A stretch of DNA of 64,000 bases from Candidatus Woesebacteria bacterium (GTDB taxonomy: Bacteria; Patescibacteriota; Microgenomatia; UBA8517), in assembly GCA_016432525.1 (NCBI GenBank), contig CP066693.1, positions 160,815 to 224,814 of the forward strand, given 5' to 3'. Both the position numbers and the translations under genes were made by a program. Shown one piece after another: positions 1-8,794 of this stretch. The notes beneath the pieces are model-generated. The model made no database searches. It saw nothing but the letters and a program-made list of their open reading frames with translations, and was not told where the DNA came from. Positions within the stretch are counted from its first letter, which is position 1. Each line of letters opens with the position of its first letter.

Positions 1-1377
1 TAAATATCAATTGGGTTAAAATCTCCATCCACCTTCCCCAAAGAAAATGATGACTGTACTCCTCCCGAAAATTCTTCTAGATCCCCATTGTCTGAAAGAA
101 TCCATATATTTCCATCAATTACAAATCGCCTAGCGTTCGTCAAATCAGGCTTTACCCCTACCCCAAACCAATTATCACGTACAGAGAATTTCCCTCCACC
201 AACCCCTTGATATCTATAAATAACCCCATCGTTCTTTTTAAGGATATAAACATTTCCTGTATAAGCAGTAAAAAAATCAGAAGTTGAATAGCTCTCATCT
301 AAAATTTTTGAGGAATTTTCAGCTATATCCCAAATTCCATCATTTCCCATTACAAAATCATGGTCTGAATAAGAAGATAGAAAAATCGGGTTCACAACAA
401 GTGGAATTGCAAATGTCTGAGTTTTCTTGCTTTGTAAATCAATTGTTACAATTTTATGCTGTTTCGAATTCAGTACAGCCATGTGCCCTTCTGATTGCGA
501 AACATCAGAAGTCTCAAATCCATCAGAAATTAAAGTTAGATCAAGATAAAGACTTGGCTCACCCTCAAAAACATGTGAAATTGACCCTATGTTTTGGGAA
601 ATATCAGTAGACAGTTTCTCTAATTCAGGATCTTTAATTCCTTCTGTCTGAAGGCCCAAAACAGATCCCTTAGCCTTAAAGGCAAGCTCTCGTGCCTTTT
701 CAGGATCAACACTAGCTAGTGCCTTAGCATCAGAAAAATCACGTGCTGCCTGCTCAATTTTTGGTTTATAAATTGCTTTCCTTTTATCATCTTCAATTTT
801 CCTAAAACCTAAAAAAATACTTATCAAAAAAAGTGCTCCAATAAAAATACTTAAATATTTAACTATTTTTCTTTTTCTAGGATTAGTTCTCTCTACAAAA
901 GAAGCACCCGTACGCCCTTTAGGTAAAAATTTAGGTAAACGCAAAACAAATGGCCTCAAATCCAAGGTTGGAATCCTATTTATGGAAAAATTAATAAAAT
1001 CAAAACCAGGGTTTCCCAGGGTCAAGGTATCACTCTCTTTTATAATTCCCGACCCACTCTCATTAAAAATCCACAACTTTCCACCACGATTAAGAGAAAG
1101 TTTTGCCTTACCAAACAAATAAAAATACAAAACGTTGCCTCTGAAACATAAAATCCCCAAGCTCTCCATTCCGCGATTTGTCTTTTCTTCTTCAAAAACC
1201 CCTGAAATATAGGCAAACAAATCTGAGTAGTCTTTCTTTGATTTTACTTTTTCAATTACGCTCTCTTCAAAATCAGTCGGTCCCAAAATAAAAACGCAAA
1301 AATTGTCAAGCTCTTTTATGTAAAATTTACCATCAAAAGGATTGGTTAACCTCTGTGAAGTTGCTTTAAGCTTCATG
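1..1377 (-). CDS. Hypothetical membrane-anchored protein, partial (3' end runs off the window); N-terminal soluble region, one central hydrophobic segment, large C-terminal domain
   Basis: Long open frame on the minus strand starting with ATG (reverse complement of cat at 1375-1377: MKLKATSQRL...) and continuing to the window edge. One strongly hydrophobic stretch (IFIGALFLISIFLGF). The plus-strand ORF 284..610 is antisense inside it. Confidence 0.45.
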
Positions 1378-1406
1378 CTTTATTTTAAACCCCTTTGGAA
1401 AGGGTA

Positions 1407-1637
1407 TTAAAGTACTGTTAAAGCAAACAAAAAAAGAAAAAGCGCAAATAAAAAATGTAAGTAAGATAAAATCTTAATTGGAACTTCAAGTCCAATCTCC
1501 AAAGTATTAGTCATAATTCTTGTTTGTCTGACAACAACAAATGCAAAAACTACATACAAAGCCAAAAGTATAACAACTGGTATTTTAACAATTATCCACG
1601 GATCCACTCTTCCGAGGTTTAAAAAATCTAAGCTCAC
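1407..1637 (-). CDS. Small hydrophobic membrane protein (76 aa)
   Basis: Two predicted TM segments; ATGA-type 4-nt overlap with the downstream gene 1634..2284, suggesting co-translation. Confidence 0.3.
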   Translation of the reverse strand: MSLDFLNLGRVDPWIIVKIPVVILLALYVVFAFVVVRQTRIMTNTLEIGLEVPIKILSYLHFLFALFLFLFALTVL

Positions 1638-2284
1638 CTTACAACTCCCTCTCTTTCTTCTATTTCTTCCTCAACTCTCAACTCTCTCAAAATTTTTGCG
1701 ACTCGATCAGGTTGTGGAACAGCTTCAAAATCAAACTCCTGCTCCTCAGCTGCAGTTTGAATCAAGATATCTCCGTAATTTAAGACAGTTCGTATTACGC
1801 TTCCAACTCTAACAGTAACATCCTGAATTTGTGAAAGTTCACAATCGGATATTTGTCTAAAAACAAGATTGTAAAAATCAACATCAAAAATTCTCTCATC
1901 AGTCACAATATAAACATTAAAAAACCAAATTAAAAAATTCTCAAAAATATAAGCAGAAGTAATCAAATACCACGAAAGTATTGCTACCATAAAAAATCTA
2001 AAAGGAAGAAAAGAAAGAACCGGAAAACTAAGTGCCACCAAAGGAGCAGCTAACATCAAAATTCCAACCACAATCCATTTAATATTAGTAATAGGATGCT
2101 TTCTCATAAGCAAAACAACTGTTTCCTCACTATCTTTATTCTCAAAATTAGCATGTGCTGGATAATAACAAAAAGAAGAGAGTGGATTATGGCTCTTTTT
2201 CTGTTGGGCATGAAATTCAGAATGTGATCCGTCTTTTTGAAGAGCTTCCTTCTTTTTTTTCTCAGCAACAAAAATATCCGCCAT
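1634..2284 (-). CDS. Membrane protein with bacterial PH (YdbS/YdbT-like, bPH_2) domain
   Basis: Two N-terminal TM helices followed by YIVTDERIFDVDFYNLVFRQIS...VTVRVGSVIRTVLNYGDILIQT, typical of membrane-flanked bPH_2 domains. Confidence 0.5.
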   Translation of the reverse strand: MADIFVAEKKKKEALQKDGSHSEFHAQQKKSHNPLSSFCYYPAHANFENKDSEETVVLLMRKHPITNIKWIVVGILMLAAPLVALSFPVLSFLPFRFFMVAILSWYLITSAYIFENFLIWFFNVYIVTDERIFDVDFYNLVFRQISDCELSQIQDVTVRVGSVIRTVLNYGDILIQTAAEEQEFDFEAVPQPDRVAKILRELRVEEEIEEREGVVR

Positions 2285-2295
2285 ATTAGAGCCTA

Positions 2296-4026
2296 TTATA
2301 GCTTTTCTATATTAAAAAGACTACTTTTTATACCCACATAACCAGGAGCTCTCAAATTAAATGCGCGCGCAAGCTCTCCACCATCAATCGTGACAGATCC
2401 CTTGTTTGTAGAAAAAGTAACATTCAAAGTATTCCCGCTATTTGAATAAATTACAGATACTCCAGATACACTGCTATATCCACCAATCCCGGCCAAATCA
2501 GACAGTGAGTAAGGGTTTCCTCCCCAACAAGAAGTGTCAATTGGTGAAACACGAGACGCATCTCCAGTTTGCTTATATAAAACCGTCCACGCATTTACTA
2601 TATCTGCCATTTCAGAGGAAGTTAGCCAAGGGTTACCTCGGCCACAAGAAGCTCCACCTCTAGATTTATACCAACCTTTATAAAACCAAGGTGATCCAGC
2701 CAACCTTTCATAGGCAGTTGAAGGCCAATCCCCAGATGCATCTTTAATTCCACTCCACCCCCATTGAGAAATTGTATATCCTCCAGAAGTTGAAGCATAG
2801 TAGGCGGCAGCTGGCTTTCCATCTTTCAATAAAACCATACCCCTTGTTGATGAAACTGCATCCCTCCATTTACCGCTCTTAAGTTGTGACTTATACACCT
2901 GACAAGATTCATCTGGACAAATCGAAGAGGCTCCATTATTTGTAGCATACAAAGCATAGCTTCGAGCTGCAATTGCCTGAGCTTTCAAAGCTTCAAATCC
3001 ACCATTATCTCCCCAACTTTCTGGAATCTCATAAATTCCCAAAAGATAATTATCCTCAAACGAAATTGCTCCATAACCACTAACAGTTATGGATCCTGGT
3101 TCAGAATATCCAGAGGTAAGCTGTGCTCCTTGGTAATAAGCTGATAGAATTGTTTGAAATGATTGCCCTGATTTTGCTCTTCCATAAGCTCCATATTGGC
3201 TCATCCCAGTTCTGTGAGGAGCTCCAAACGAAAAAGCAGCAAACGCAGGGCGATATCCAGGGTCACAAAAATTAGATGTACCACTAGCTCCAGAGCAAGG
3301 CTCAAGTGTATCTGGCGTATCCCCAACTGAAGTAGCAAATCCTCCAGCTTTCAAAGCTTCAAGCTCTTGTTGTTTTGATGAAAGCTCGGATAAATAACTG
3401 TCAACTTTAGAAACCTCTCCCGCCAAAAAAGTCGCCCTGCTATCAACTTGCGCGCGAGCGGCAGAAAGACTTGCCTTATTCTTTTCTAAGTTTGTCTTGT
3501 CACCTTTAAGTTTGGTCAAATCCTGTGAGTAAGCGTCCATTGTTGCTCTATCTTGATCCGCAATTTTTGCTCTTATAAAAATTTCTTGAAAAGCCTCTGA
3601 AGCAGAGTTTGACTCCAAAAAAGAAATCAGAGGATCGTAAGTTCTCAAAAATTTGTAATGGTTAAAAGTTTTTTCATCAAAAACTTGTTTTGTATAAGAA
3701 AGGTCAATCTCTCTCTGTTGTATTTGCTTCTCCAAATCATCAAGGTTCACAGAAATTCCACTAATCCTATTTTTAAGATCAGTTAGTTGCTGATTTAAAG
3801 ACGAAAGCTCTTTTTTGTTTGCCTCCTGAGCAGGAGCTAGTTTATCAATCGCATCTTTAATTTGAGAAATACAGAAGTTTAAATCAGTTTCAGGCCCTGG
3901 ATTATCACAATTTGTATCAGCCATCACTTTCTCAATTCTTCCCAAAAATAAGCTGACCAAAACAAAAACCGTCACAATCCATACAAACAATTTAAAATTC
4001 AAAATTTTGAGACTAAACTTTTTCAT
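2296..4026 (-). CDS. SpoIID/LytB-domain protein with N-terminal signal anchor and long coiled-coil region
   Basis: C-terminal half has SpoIID-family motifs (AIAARSYALYATNN...CPDESCQVYKS...GMVLLKDGKPAAAYYASTSGGYT). N-terminal TM is followed by heptad-like Q/E/K/L-rich region. Confidence 0.7.
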   Translation of the reverse strand: MKKFSLKILNFKLFVWIVTVFVLVSLFLGRIEKVMADTNCDNPGPETDLNFCISQIKDAIDKLAPAQEANKKELSSLNQQLTDLKNRISGISVNLDDLEKQIQQREIDLSYTKQVFDEKTFNHYKFLRTYDPLISFLESNSASEAFQEIFIRAKIADQDRATMDAYSQDLTKLKGDKTNLEKNKASLSAARAQVDSRATFLAGEVSKVDSYLSELSSKQQELEALKAGGFATSVGDTPDTLEPCSGASGTSNFCDPGYRPAFAAFSFGAPHRTGMSQYGAYGRAKSGQSFQTILSAYYQGAQLTSGYSEPGSITVSGYGAISFEDNYLLGIYEIPESWGDNGGFEALKAQAIAARSYALYATNNGASSICPDESCQVYKSQLKSGKWRDAVSSTRGMVLLKDGKPAAAYYASTSGGYTISQWGWSGIKDASGDWPSTAYERLAGSPWFYKGWYKSRGGASCGRGNPWLTSSEMADIVNAWTVLYKQTGDASRVSPIDTSCWGGNPYSLSDLAGIGGYSSVSGVSVIYSNSGNTLNVTFSTNKGSVTIDGGELARAFNLRAPGYVGIKSSLFNIEKL

Positions 4027-4059
4027 TATCTCATTATACCAATCTGCTAAAATTAAATT

Positions 4060-4917
4060 ATGAAAAAGCTATTCTTTTTGTTTTCTCTCTTTGCAATATT
4101 CATTCTAATTGGATCAGTAAATAAAATATCCGCCGCCTCATGTTCAAATTTTAATGTCACTCCTAATTCAGGACAAAGTGACACTGCTTTTACTTTTACA
4201 GCAACCTGCACTCAAGATGGTACATATCATCTCTTTATCACAGATCCCAATGGAGACACCAGCTTAAGCCAAATTATCGAAGTTCAAAATGGTCAATTCA
4301 CTACCATAGTTTCATCTGCAGCAGTGGTAGGACAATACAAAACCCAACTTGTATTCATTACAGATGTTCTAGCTCAAACTAATTTTACAGTTAACCCAGG
4401 AGGAAAAAGCCCAACTTGCTGTTCCATTACTTATTCCGACAAAAATTTCTGTTCAAATGTTCAAGGTCAAATTACACAAGGAAGTTGTAATCCAGTCCCT
4501 TCAGGATCAGAAGCCTGTCCTGAAAATTGCCCTGCTATAGATTTGCGTACAACTTGTGGCGGAAATGATATTTGGGTATGTGCAGGTACTTCTTCCATTC
4601 CCCAATATCTTTGTGCCCCCAACGGAACACAAAAAGCAGAAGGAGTAAATACAGCAATAGGCTGTGTACCAATCACAAAAATCGAAGATACCACAAGTTT
4701 CCTTTTAGTAAGAGGTGCCCAGTTAGCAGGCGGAATTTCTTTTCTTTTTATGATTGCAGGAGCATTCCAGTTAATTACCTCCCGTGGCGATCCTGAAAAA
4801 TTAATTTCAGGTCGACAACTAATCACTTCAGCAATAGGAGGTCTTGTTCTTCTTATCTTTTGTGTATTTTTATTAAAACTAATTGGAATTGATATCCTAG
4901 GTGTAATTACAAAATGA
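4060..4917 (+). CDS. Fusion protein: signal peptide + ~200-aa Cys-rich secreted domain + C-terminal VirB2/TrbC-like T4SS pilin module
   Basis: N-terminal signal peptide, more than 14 Cys in ectodomain. The C-terminus GCVPIT...TM1...TSRGDPEKL...TM2...IGIDILGV has the hydrophobic-loop(GDP)-hydrophobic topology of TrbC/VirB2-type pilins. Paralog of the next nine genes. Confidence 0.55.
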   Translation: MKKLFFLFSLFAIFILIGSVNKISAASCSNFNVTPNSGQSDTAFTFTATCTQDGTYHLFITDPNGDTSLSQIIEVQNGQFTTIVSSAAVVGQYKTQLVFITDVLAQTNFTVNPGGKSPTCCSITYSDKNFCSNVQGQITQGSCNPVPSGSEACPENCPAIDLRTTCGGNDIWVCAGTSSIPQYLCAPNGTQKAEGVNTAIGCVPITKIEDTTSFLLVRGAQLAGGISFLFMIAGAFQLITSRGDPEKLISGRQLITSAIGGLVLLIFCVFLLKLIGIDILGVITK

Positions 4918-5864
4918 AAAAAATAATCCTTCTCTCGCTACTCTTCTCTTTTTTTCTTCTTTTTGCAAGGCAAGCGCAAGCCCAACAACCAGCCAACACT
5001 TTTCAATGTAGCTGTGTTAGTGACGGCTTAGGCGGAAAAACATGCGTAATAGTTAGAGAAAATTGCAACTCTGGCTCTGTCTCAAATCTAAACTTATGTT
5101 CAACCGATCCTGGCTGCAAAGACTTTCTCAATGGAGCAACATGTACTATCCAATGTGTCGCAAGTTCAAACATCCAAAATATCACCTGGGGAGGCGCATG
5201 CGACCCTAATAATTCAAATCAAAAATGCGCTGACAACACAAGCTGTAGAACGGATTTTTCAAATAATTTTAGATGCCTTCTACCTGTAAATTCAGTCAAC
5301 ACAAATAAACAATGCCAAGACACAAACGAATGCATCGGCTATACAGATCCTCTCATTGTATCAAGATGTGGAACTCCTCAAGGCTCAACCCAGTCTATTT
5401 GTCAACCACTACCAAAAGGCCAACTCTGTAAAGACACTCCAAATGCTTCATGTAAAGCAAGTTGTAACACTCAAACAGAAGATCGAATTTCTGCAAACGT
5501 AACAGATTGCTCAGGTGCTACTCCAGTTTGTTGCGCCCCCAAATCTTCCACAACTGATACAGTTGTTTGTAAAACCAACGGAAAAGACGGGATCGACACA
5601 GCCGTAGGCTGTGTTCCCATTACAGAAATAAATTCGTTCGCAGCCAAAGTCTTTGGCTTTGCAGCGGGGATCGCTGGAGGAATTGCAATTTTTCTCATCA
5701 TAGTAGGTGGTTTTCAAATAATCACATCCCAAGGCGATCCTTACAAACTAAAAGAAGGCCGTGAAGTGTTAAATTCAGCAATTCTAGGTCTTCTTTTTAT
5801 AATCTTTGCTGTCTTTTTACTTAGAGTAATTGGAGTTGATATACTGGGAGTAATACCAAAATGA
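4914..5864 (+). CDS. Fusion protein: signal peptide + ~230-aa Cys-rich secreted domain + C-terminal VirB2/TrbC-like pilin module
   Basis: ATGA overlap with the upstream gene. Cys-rich region (more than 25 Cys). C-terminus GCVPITEINSF...TSQGDPYKL...VIGVDILGVIPK is homologous to the 4060..4917 C-terminus. Confidence 0.55.
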   Translation: MKKIILLSLLFSFFLLFARQAQAQQPANTFQCSCVSDGLGGKTCVIVRENCNSGSVSNLNLCSTDPGCKDFLNGATCTIQCVASSNIQNITWGGACDPNNSNQKCADNTSCRTDFSNNFRCLLPVNSVNTNKQCQDTNECIGYTDPLIVSRCGTPQGSTQSICQPLPKGQLCKDTPNASCKASCNTQTEDRISANVTDCSGATPVCCAPKSSTTDTVVCKTNGKDGIDTAVGCVPITEINSFAAKVFGFAAGIAGGIAIFLIIVGGFQIITSQGDPYKLKEGREVLNSAILGLLFIIFAVFLLRVIGVDILGVIPK

Positions 5865-6232
5865 AAACAAAACTATTATTTCTACTTCCAACGTTTTCCC
5901 TTCTTTTTCCTCGAATCGCTTTAGCCGCAGTCGCAAATAGTCCAACTGACTGTCAGGATTTTGGCATCAATACAGCTTTGGGATGTATTCCCTTAACAAA
6001 TATTAATAGCTTTACTGGAACCTTTTTGCGAATCAGCTTAGGCCTAGGTGGTGGCATAGCAACTCTTTTAATAATTTATGCAGGTTTTATAATGACCACC
6101 TCAACCGGTGATCCTAAACGCCTCCAGGCAGGAAAAGAGCTTCTTGGAGCTGCAATTGGAGGTTTAATGCTTTTAATTTTCGCAGTTTTTGTACTAAGAT
6201 TATTAGGAGTAAATATTTTAGGAGTACTATAA
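5861..6232 (+). CDS. VirB2/TrbC-like T4SS pilin paralog (subfamily 1, short N-terminal Cys pair)
   Basis: Signal peptide, CQDFGINTALGCIPLT, then TM1-TSTGDPKRL-TM2-LGVNILGVL; ATGA overlap with upstream gene. Confidence 0.55.
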   Translation: MKTKLLFLLPTFSLLFPRIALAAVANSPTDCQDFGINTALGCIPLTNINSFTGTFLRISLGLGGGIATLLIIYAGFIMTTSTGDPKRLQAGKELLGAAIGGLMLLIFAVFVLRLLGVNILGVL

Positions 6233-6577
6233 ATGAACCAACTCGCACAAAACGTTGATTTCAATACAATTCAAAGTCAGGGCCTTCCTGGCTTTAAATT
6301 CTCAACTGGCACAGTAGGATCAGTAACTTCAGCCCTCCTCCCCTATATCTTCGCCATAGCAGGTATAATTCTGCTTCTATTTCTAATTTCCGCAGGAATC
6401 TCATATATGACAGCCAGAGGTGATCCCAAAGCAATCTCAGGCGCTCAAGCAAGAATCACCTATGCGTTAATCGGCTTCATTATAATTCTTTTAGCCTACT
6501 GGGGGGCCCAGGCCGCAGGTCTTATTTTAGGCCTAGGCCAAATTACAAACACTTTCAAATATACACCTCCTTTTTGA
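6233..6577 (+). CDS. VirB2/TrbC-like T4SS pilin paralog (subfamily 2)
   Basis: MNQLAQ leader, TM1 (LLPYIFAIAGIILLLFLISAGISYM), loop TARGDPKAISGAQ, TM2 (ALIGFIIILLAYWGAQAAGLILGL). Confidence 0.55.
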   Translation: MNQLAQNVDFNTIQSQGLPGFKFSTGTVGSVTSALLPYIFAIAGIILLLFLISAGISYMTARGDPKAISGAQARITYALIGFIIILLAYWGAQAAGLILGLGQITNTFKYTPPF

Positions 6578-6594
6578 TGGTTTATAATTAATCT

Positions 6595-6915
6595 ATGAAA
6601 AATTATTTAGCCCAAGTTAACATAGGAAAAACTTTTGGTTCCCCTTTTGGCCAAGGAAAAGGAGTAAATGATTTAGTCTCCCTAGCCGTAAAAGTAGGCT
6701 TTGTCTTAGCAGGCATAATTATAATTTTTTATTTTATTTTAGGCGGTTATCAAATAATGAGTGGAGGTTCATCTGATCCACGCGCCAAAGAACAAGGAAA
6801 ACAAACAATTACAAGTGCAGTAATTGGATTTGTCATAGTCTTTGTGGCATACTGGATAGTAAGATTAATTGAAGTAATAACTGGCTCAAATTTCATAACA
6901 AATCCAGGATTATAA
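6595..6915 (+). CDS. VirB2/TrbC-like T4SS pilin paralog (subfamily 2)
   Basis: MKNYLAQ leader; TM1-SGGSSDPRAKEQ-TM2 topology. Confidence 0.55.
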   Translation: MKNYLAQVNIGKTFGSPFGQGKGVNDLVSLAVKVGFVLAGIIIIFYFILGGYQIMSGGSSDPRAKEQGKQTITSAVIGFVIVFVAYWIVRLIEVITGSNFITNPGL

Positions 6916-6917
6916 AT

Positions 6918-7253
6918 ATGTTTCAGATATTTGGTACTATCACACAACCCTCTCCCCTGGCTAAATTTGGATCTCTTGAATCAGGTGGAGCCGGAAATTT
7001 TTTAAATTTAATTTTTAAAATTTTGGTAGTTGGAGCAGGAATTTATGCTGTTATAAATATAATCTTAGCAGGTTACTCTTTTCTCTCTGCTGGCGATGAT
7101 CCAAAAGCAATAGCAGGAGCCTGGAATAAAATTTTGCAAACACTTATTGGCTTGGCAGTAGTAGTTGGCTGTTTTGTTTTAGCAGCAATCTTTGGAATTC
7201 TAATTTACGGTGATGCAGGCGCAATTCTTGCGCCTAAAATTCCTACGTTATAA
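6918..7253 (+). CDS. VirB2/TrbC-like T4SS pilin paralog (subfamily 2)
   Basis: TM1-SAGDDPKAIAGA-TM2 topology; 2-nt spacer from upstream paralog. Confidence 0.5.
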   Translation: MFQIFGTITQPSPLAKFGSLESGGAGNFLNLIFKILVVGAGIYAVINIILAGYSFLSAGDDPKAIAGAWNKILQTLIGLAVVVGCFVLAAIFGILIYGDAGAILAPKIPTL

Positions 7254-7266
7254 CAAAGTCACAAAT

Positions 7267-7635
7267 ATGAAACTAACTGATATTCCACTATCTCCCCCAG
7301 GAGGATTTAGTCATCCTTTTGGTCCTTTAGGGCAAACAAATAACGCCGCCGCACCATCACAGTTTACAAATTTCCTCTCAAGCGTAATAGGCGTAATGAC
7401 AATAATTGCAGCGATCTGGTTCACCTTTATTTTTATTTCAGGCGGAATTGGAATAATTTCATCAGGTGAAGACAAAGGGGCACTGGAAAACGCCAGAAAA
7501 AGAATTACAACAGGCATAATCGGCCTTTTTGTAGTCGTTGCTGCTGTTTTTGTAATAAACTTAATTGGAAATCTGCTAGGATTTGGATCAATTCTAAATC
7601 CAATCGATCTTATAAACCAAGTAAAACCAAGATGA
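7267..7635 (+). CDS. VirB2/TrbC-like T4SS pilin paralog (subfamily 2)
   Basis: Track ORF 7210..7635 overlaps the previous gene. The internal ATG at 7267 (MKLTDIPLSPP...) avoids the overlap. TM1-SGEDKGALENA-TM2 topology. Confidence 0.5.
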   Translation: MKLTDIPLSPPGGFSHPFGPLGQTNNAAAPSQFTNFLSSVIGVMTIIAAIWFTFIFISGGIGIISSGEDKGALENARKRITTGIIGLFVVVAAVFVINLIGNLLGFGSILNPIDLINQVKPR

Positions 7636-7997
7636 AAAATTATTTAGCTGCAGCAGGAGGAGATGTTCCAACAGGCGGGATTACCAATCCTGTTCTTAAC
7701 AAATCAATCCAAAACCAAACCGGCCTTAGTTTTTTCCAAACCATTATCCCCAATTTCATAACTCTCGCGCTCGTTGTTGGTTCTTTAATCTTTGTTTTTA
7801 TTCTCATAACTGGCGCAATCTCTTGGATTTCCTCAGGTGGCGACAAAGCAAGTGTAGAATCAGCCAGAGCAAAAGTGACCCACGCTTTAATTGGTCTAGT
7901 AATTTTATTTTCCGTTTTTGCAGTAATTAAGCTTGTCGAAGCCATTTTTGGTTTGAAAATTTTGACTCTTGACATAGCTCCTCTTTTCATTAAATAA
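7632..7997 (+). CDS. VirB2/TrbC-like T4SS pilin paralog (subfamily 2)
   Basis: MKNYLAAAGG leader; TM1-SSGGDKASVESA-TM2; ATGA overlap with upstream gene. Confidence 0.55.
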   Translation: MKNYLAAAGGDVPTGGITNPVLNKSIQNQTGLSFFQTIIPNFITLALVVGSLIFVFILITGAISWISSGGDKASVESARAKVTHALIGLVILFSVFAVIKLVEAIFGLKILTLDIAPLFIK

Positions 7998-8004
7998 TAA
8001 ATAC

Positions 8005-8361
8005 ATGAGAACATTATTAGCACAAGGAACCGGAGGAAGAGGAGATACCATCAACCTATCACCAACAGGTCAATTCGCTAATTTAAATGGAATAACAATT
8101 CCAGGAATAATCACTTTTGCAGTTACAGCAGTTTTAGTAGTAGCAGGTTTAATCTTCTTCTTCATGCTAATTATAGGAGGTATTAAATGGATTGTCTCAG
8201 GTGGAGATAAAGCAAACACAGAAGCAGCTCGAAATCAAATTACAGCAGCCTTAATTGGCTTAGTAATAGTTTTCGCAGCCTGGGCAATAATTACCTTATT
8301 AAGCAATATATTTGGAATTTCAATTCTAAATCTAACTCTTCCAGGTATTCAACAAGGCTAA
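8005..8361 (+). CDS. VirB2/TrbC-like T4SS pilin paralog (subfamily 2)
   Basis: MRTLLAQGTG leader; TM1-SGGDKANTEAA-TM2. Confidence 0.55.
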   Translation: MRTLLAQGTGGRGDTINLSPTGQFANLNGITIPGIITFAVTAVLVVAGLIFFFMLIIGGIKWIVSGGDKANTEAARNQITAALIGLVIVFAAWAIITLLSNIFGISILNLTLPGIQQG

Positions 8362-8446
8362 AACCTATCTAATATATCTTTCAATATGCATATATTGTTC
8401 ATATTGATTTCTCTCTGCTTTTTACTTTAGACTTATATTTAAAGGT

Positions 8447-8794
8447 ATGAATAATTTACTAGCTCAAGCCACTAAGATTCCCGAAGTCCCTCTCCAGGTT
8501 GGTCAAAACACAACTGTCAGTATTCCCTCTTTAAAAGGCTTTGAGACTCTTTTTGCAAATGTCCTTCAAGTTGCAATAGCTCTAGCAGGTATTGGTTTTT
8601 TTGTAATGCTTCTCATAGGTGGCTTTAAATATCTAACATCTGGCGGCGATCCAAAAGCAGTTGAGTCAGCCAAAAACACTCTTACTTGGGCAATTTTCGG
8701 TCTAGTTGCTGTTGCTCTCGCCTTTCTGATTCTTCTTGCAATTGCAAACTTTACTGGAGTCACAAGTATTCTAAATTTCCAGGTAGCCCCATGA
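8447..8794 (+). CDS. VirB2/TrbC-like T4SS pilin paralog (subfamily 2)
   Basis: MNNLLAQATK leader; TM1-SGGDPKAVESA-TM2; stop overlaps start of the hydrolase gene (ATGA at 8791-8794). Confidence 0.55.
   Translation: MNNLLAQATKIPEVPLQVGQNTTVSIPSLKGFETLFANVLQVAIALAGIGFFVMLLIGGFKYLTSGGDPKAVESAKNTLTWAIFGLVAVALAFLILLAIANFTGVTSILNFQVAP

Noticed and set aside
284-610. 108-aa plus-strand ORF
   Set aside because: Lies entirely antisense within the long minus-strand ORF 1..1377; low-complexity translation, no RBS
2442-2822. Small plus/minus ORFs 2442..2663 and 2622..2822
   Set aside because: Embedded in or antisense to the SpoIID-domain gene 2296..4026
8686-8790. N-terminal extension of the big hydrolase ORF (track start 8686)
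   Set aside because: Overlaps the last pilin gene in another frame; the internal ATG at 8791 gives a classical signal peptide and ATGA coupling
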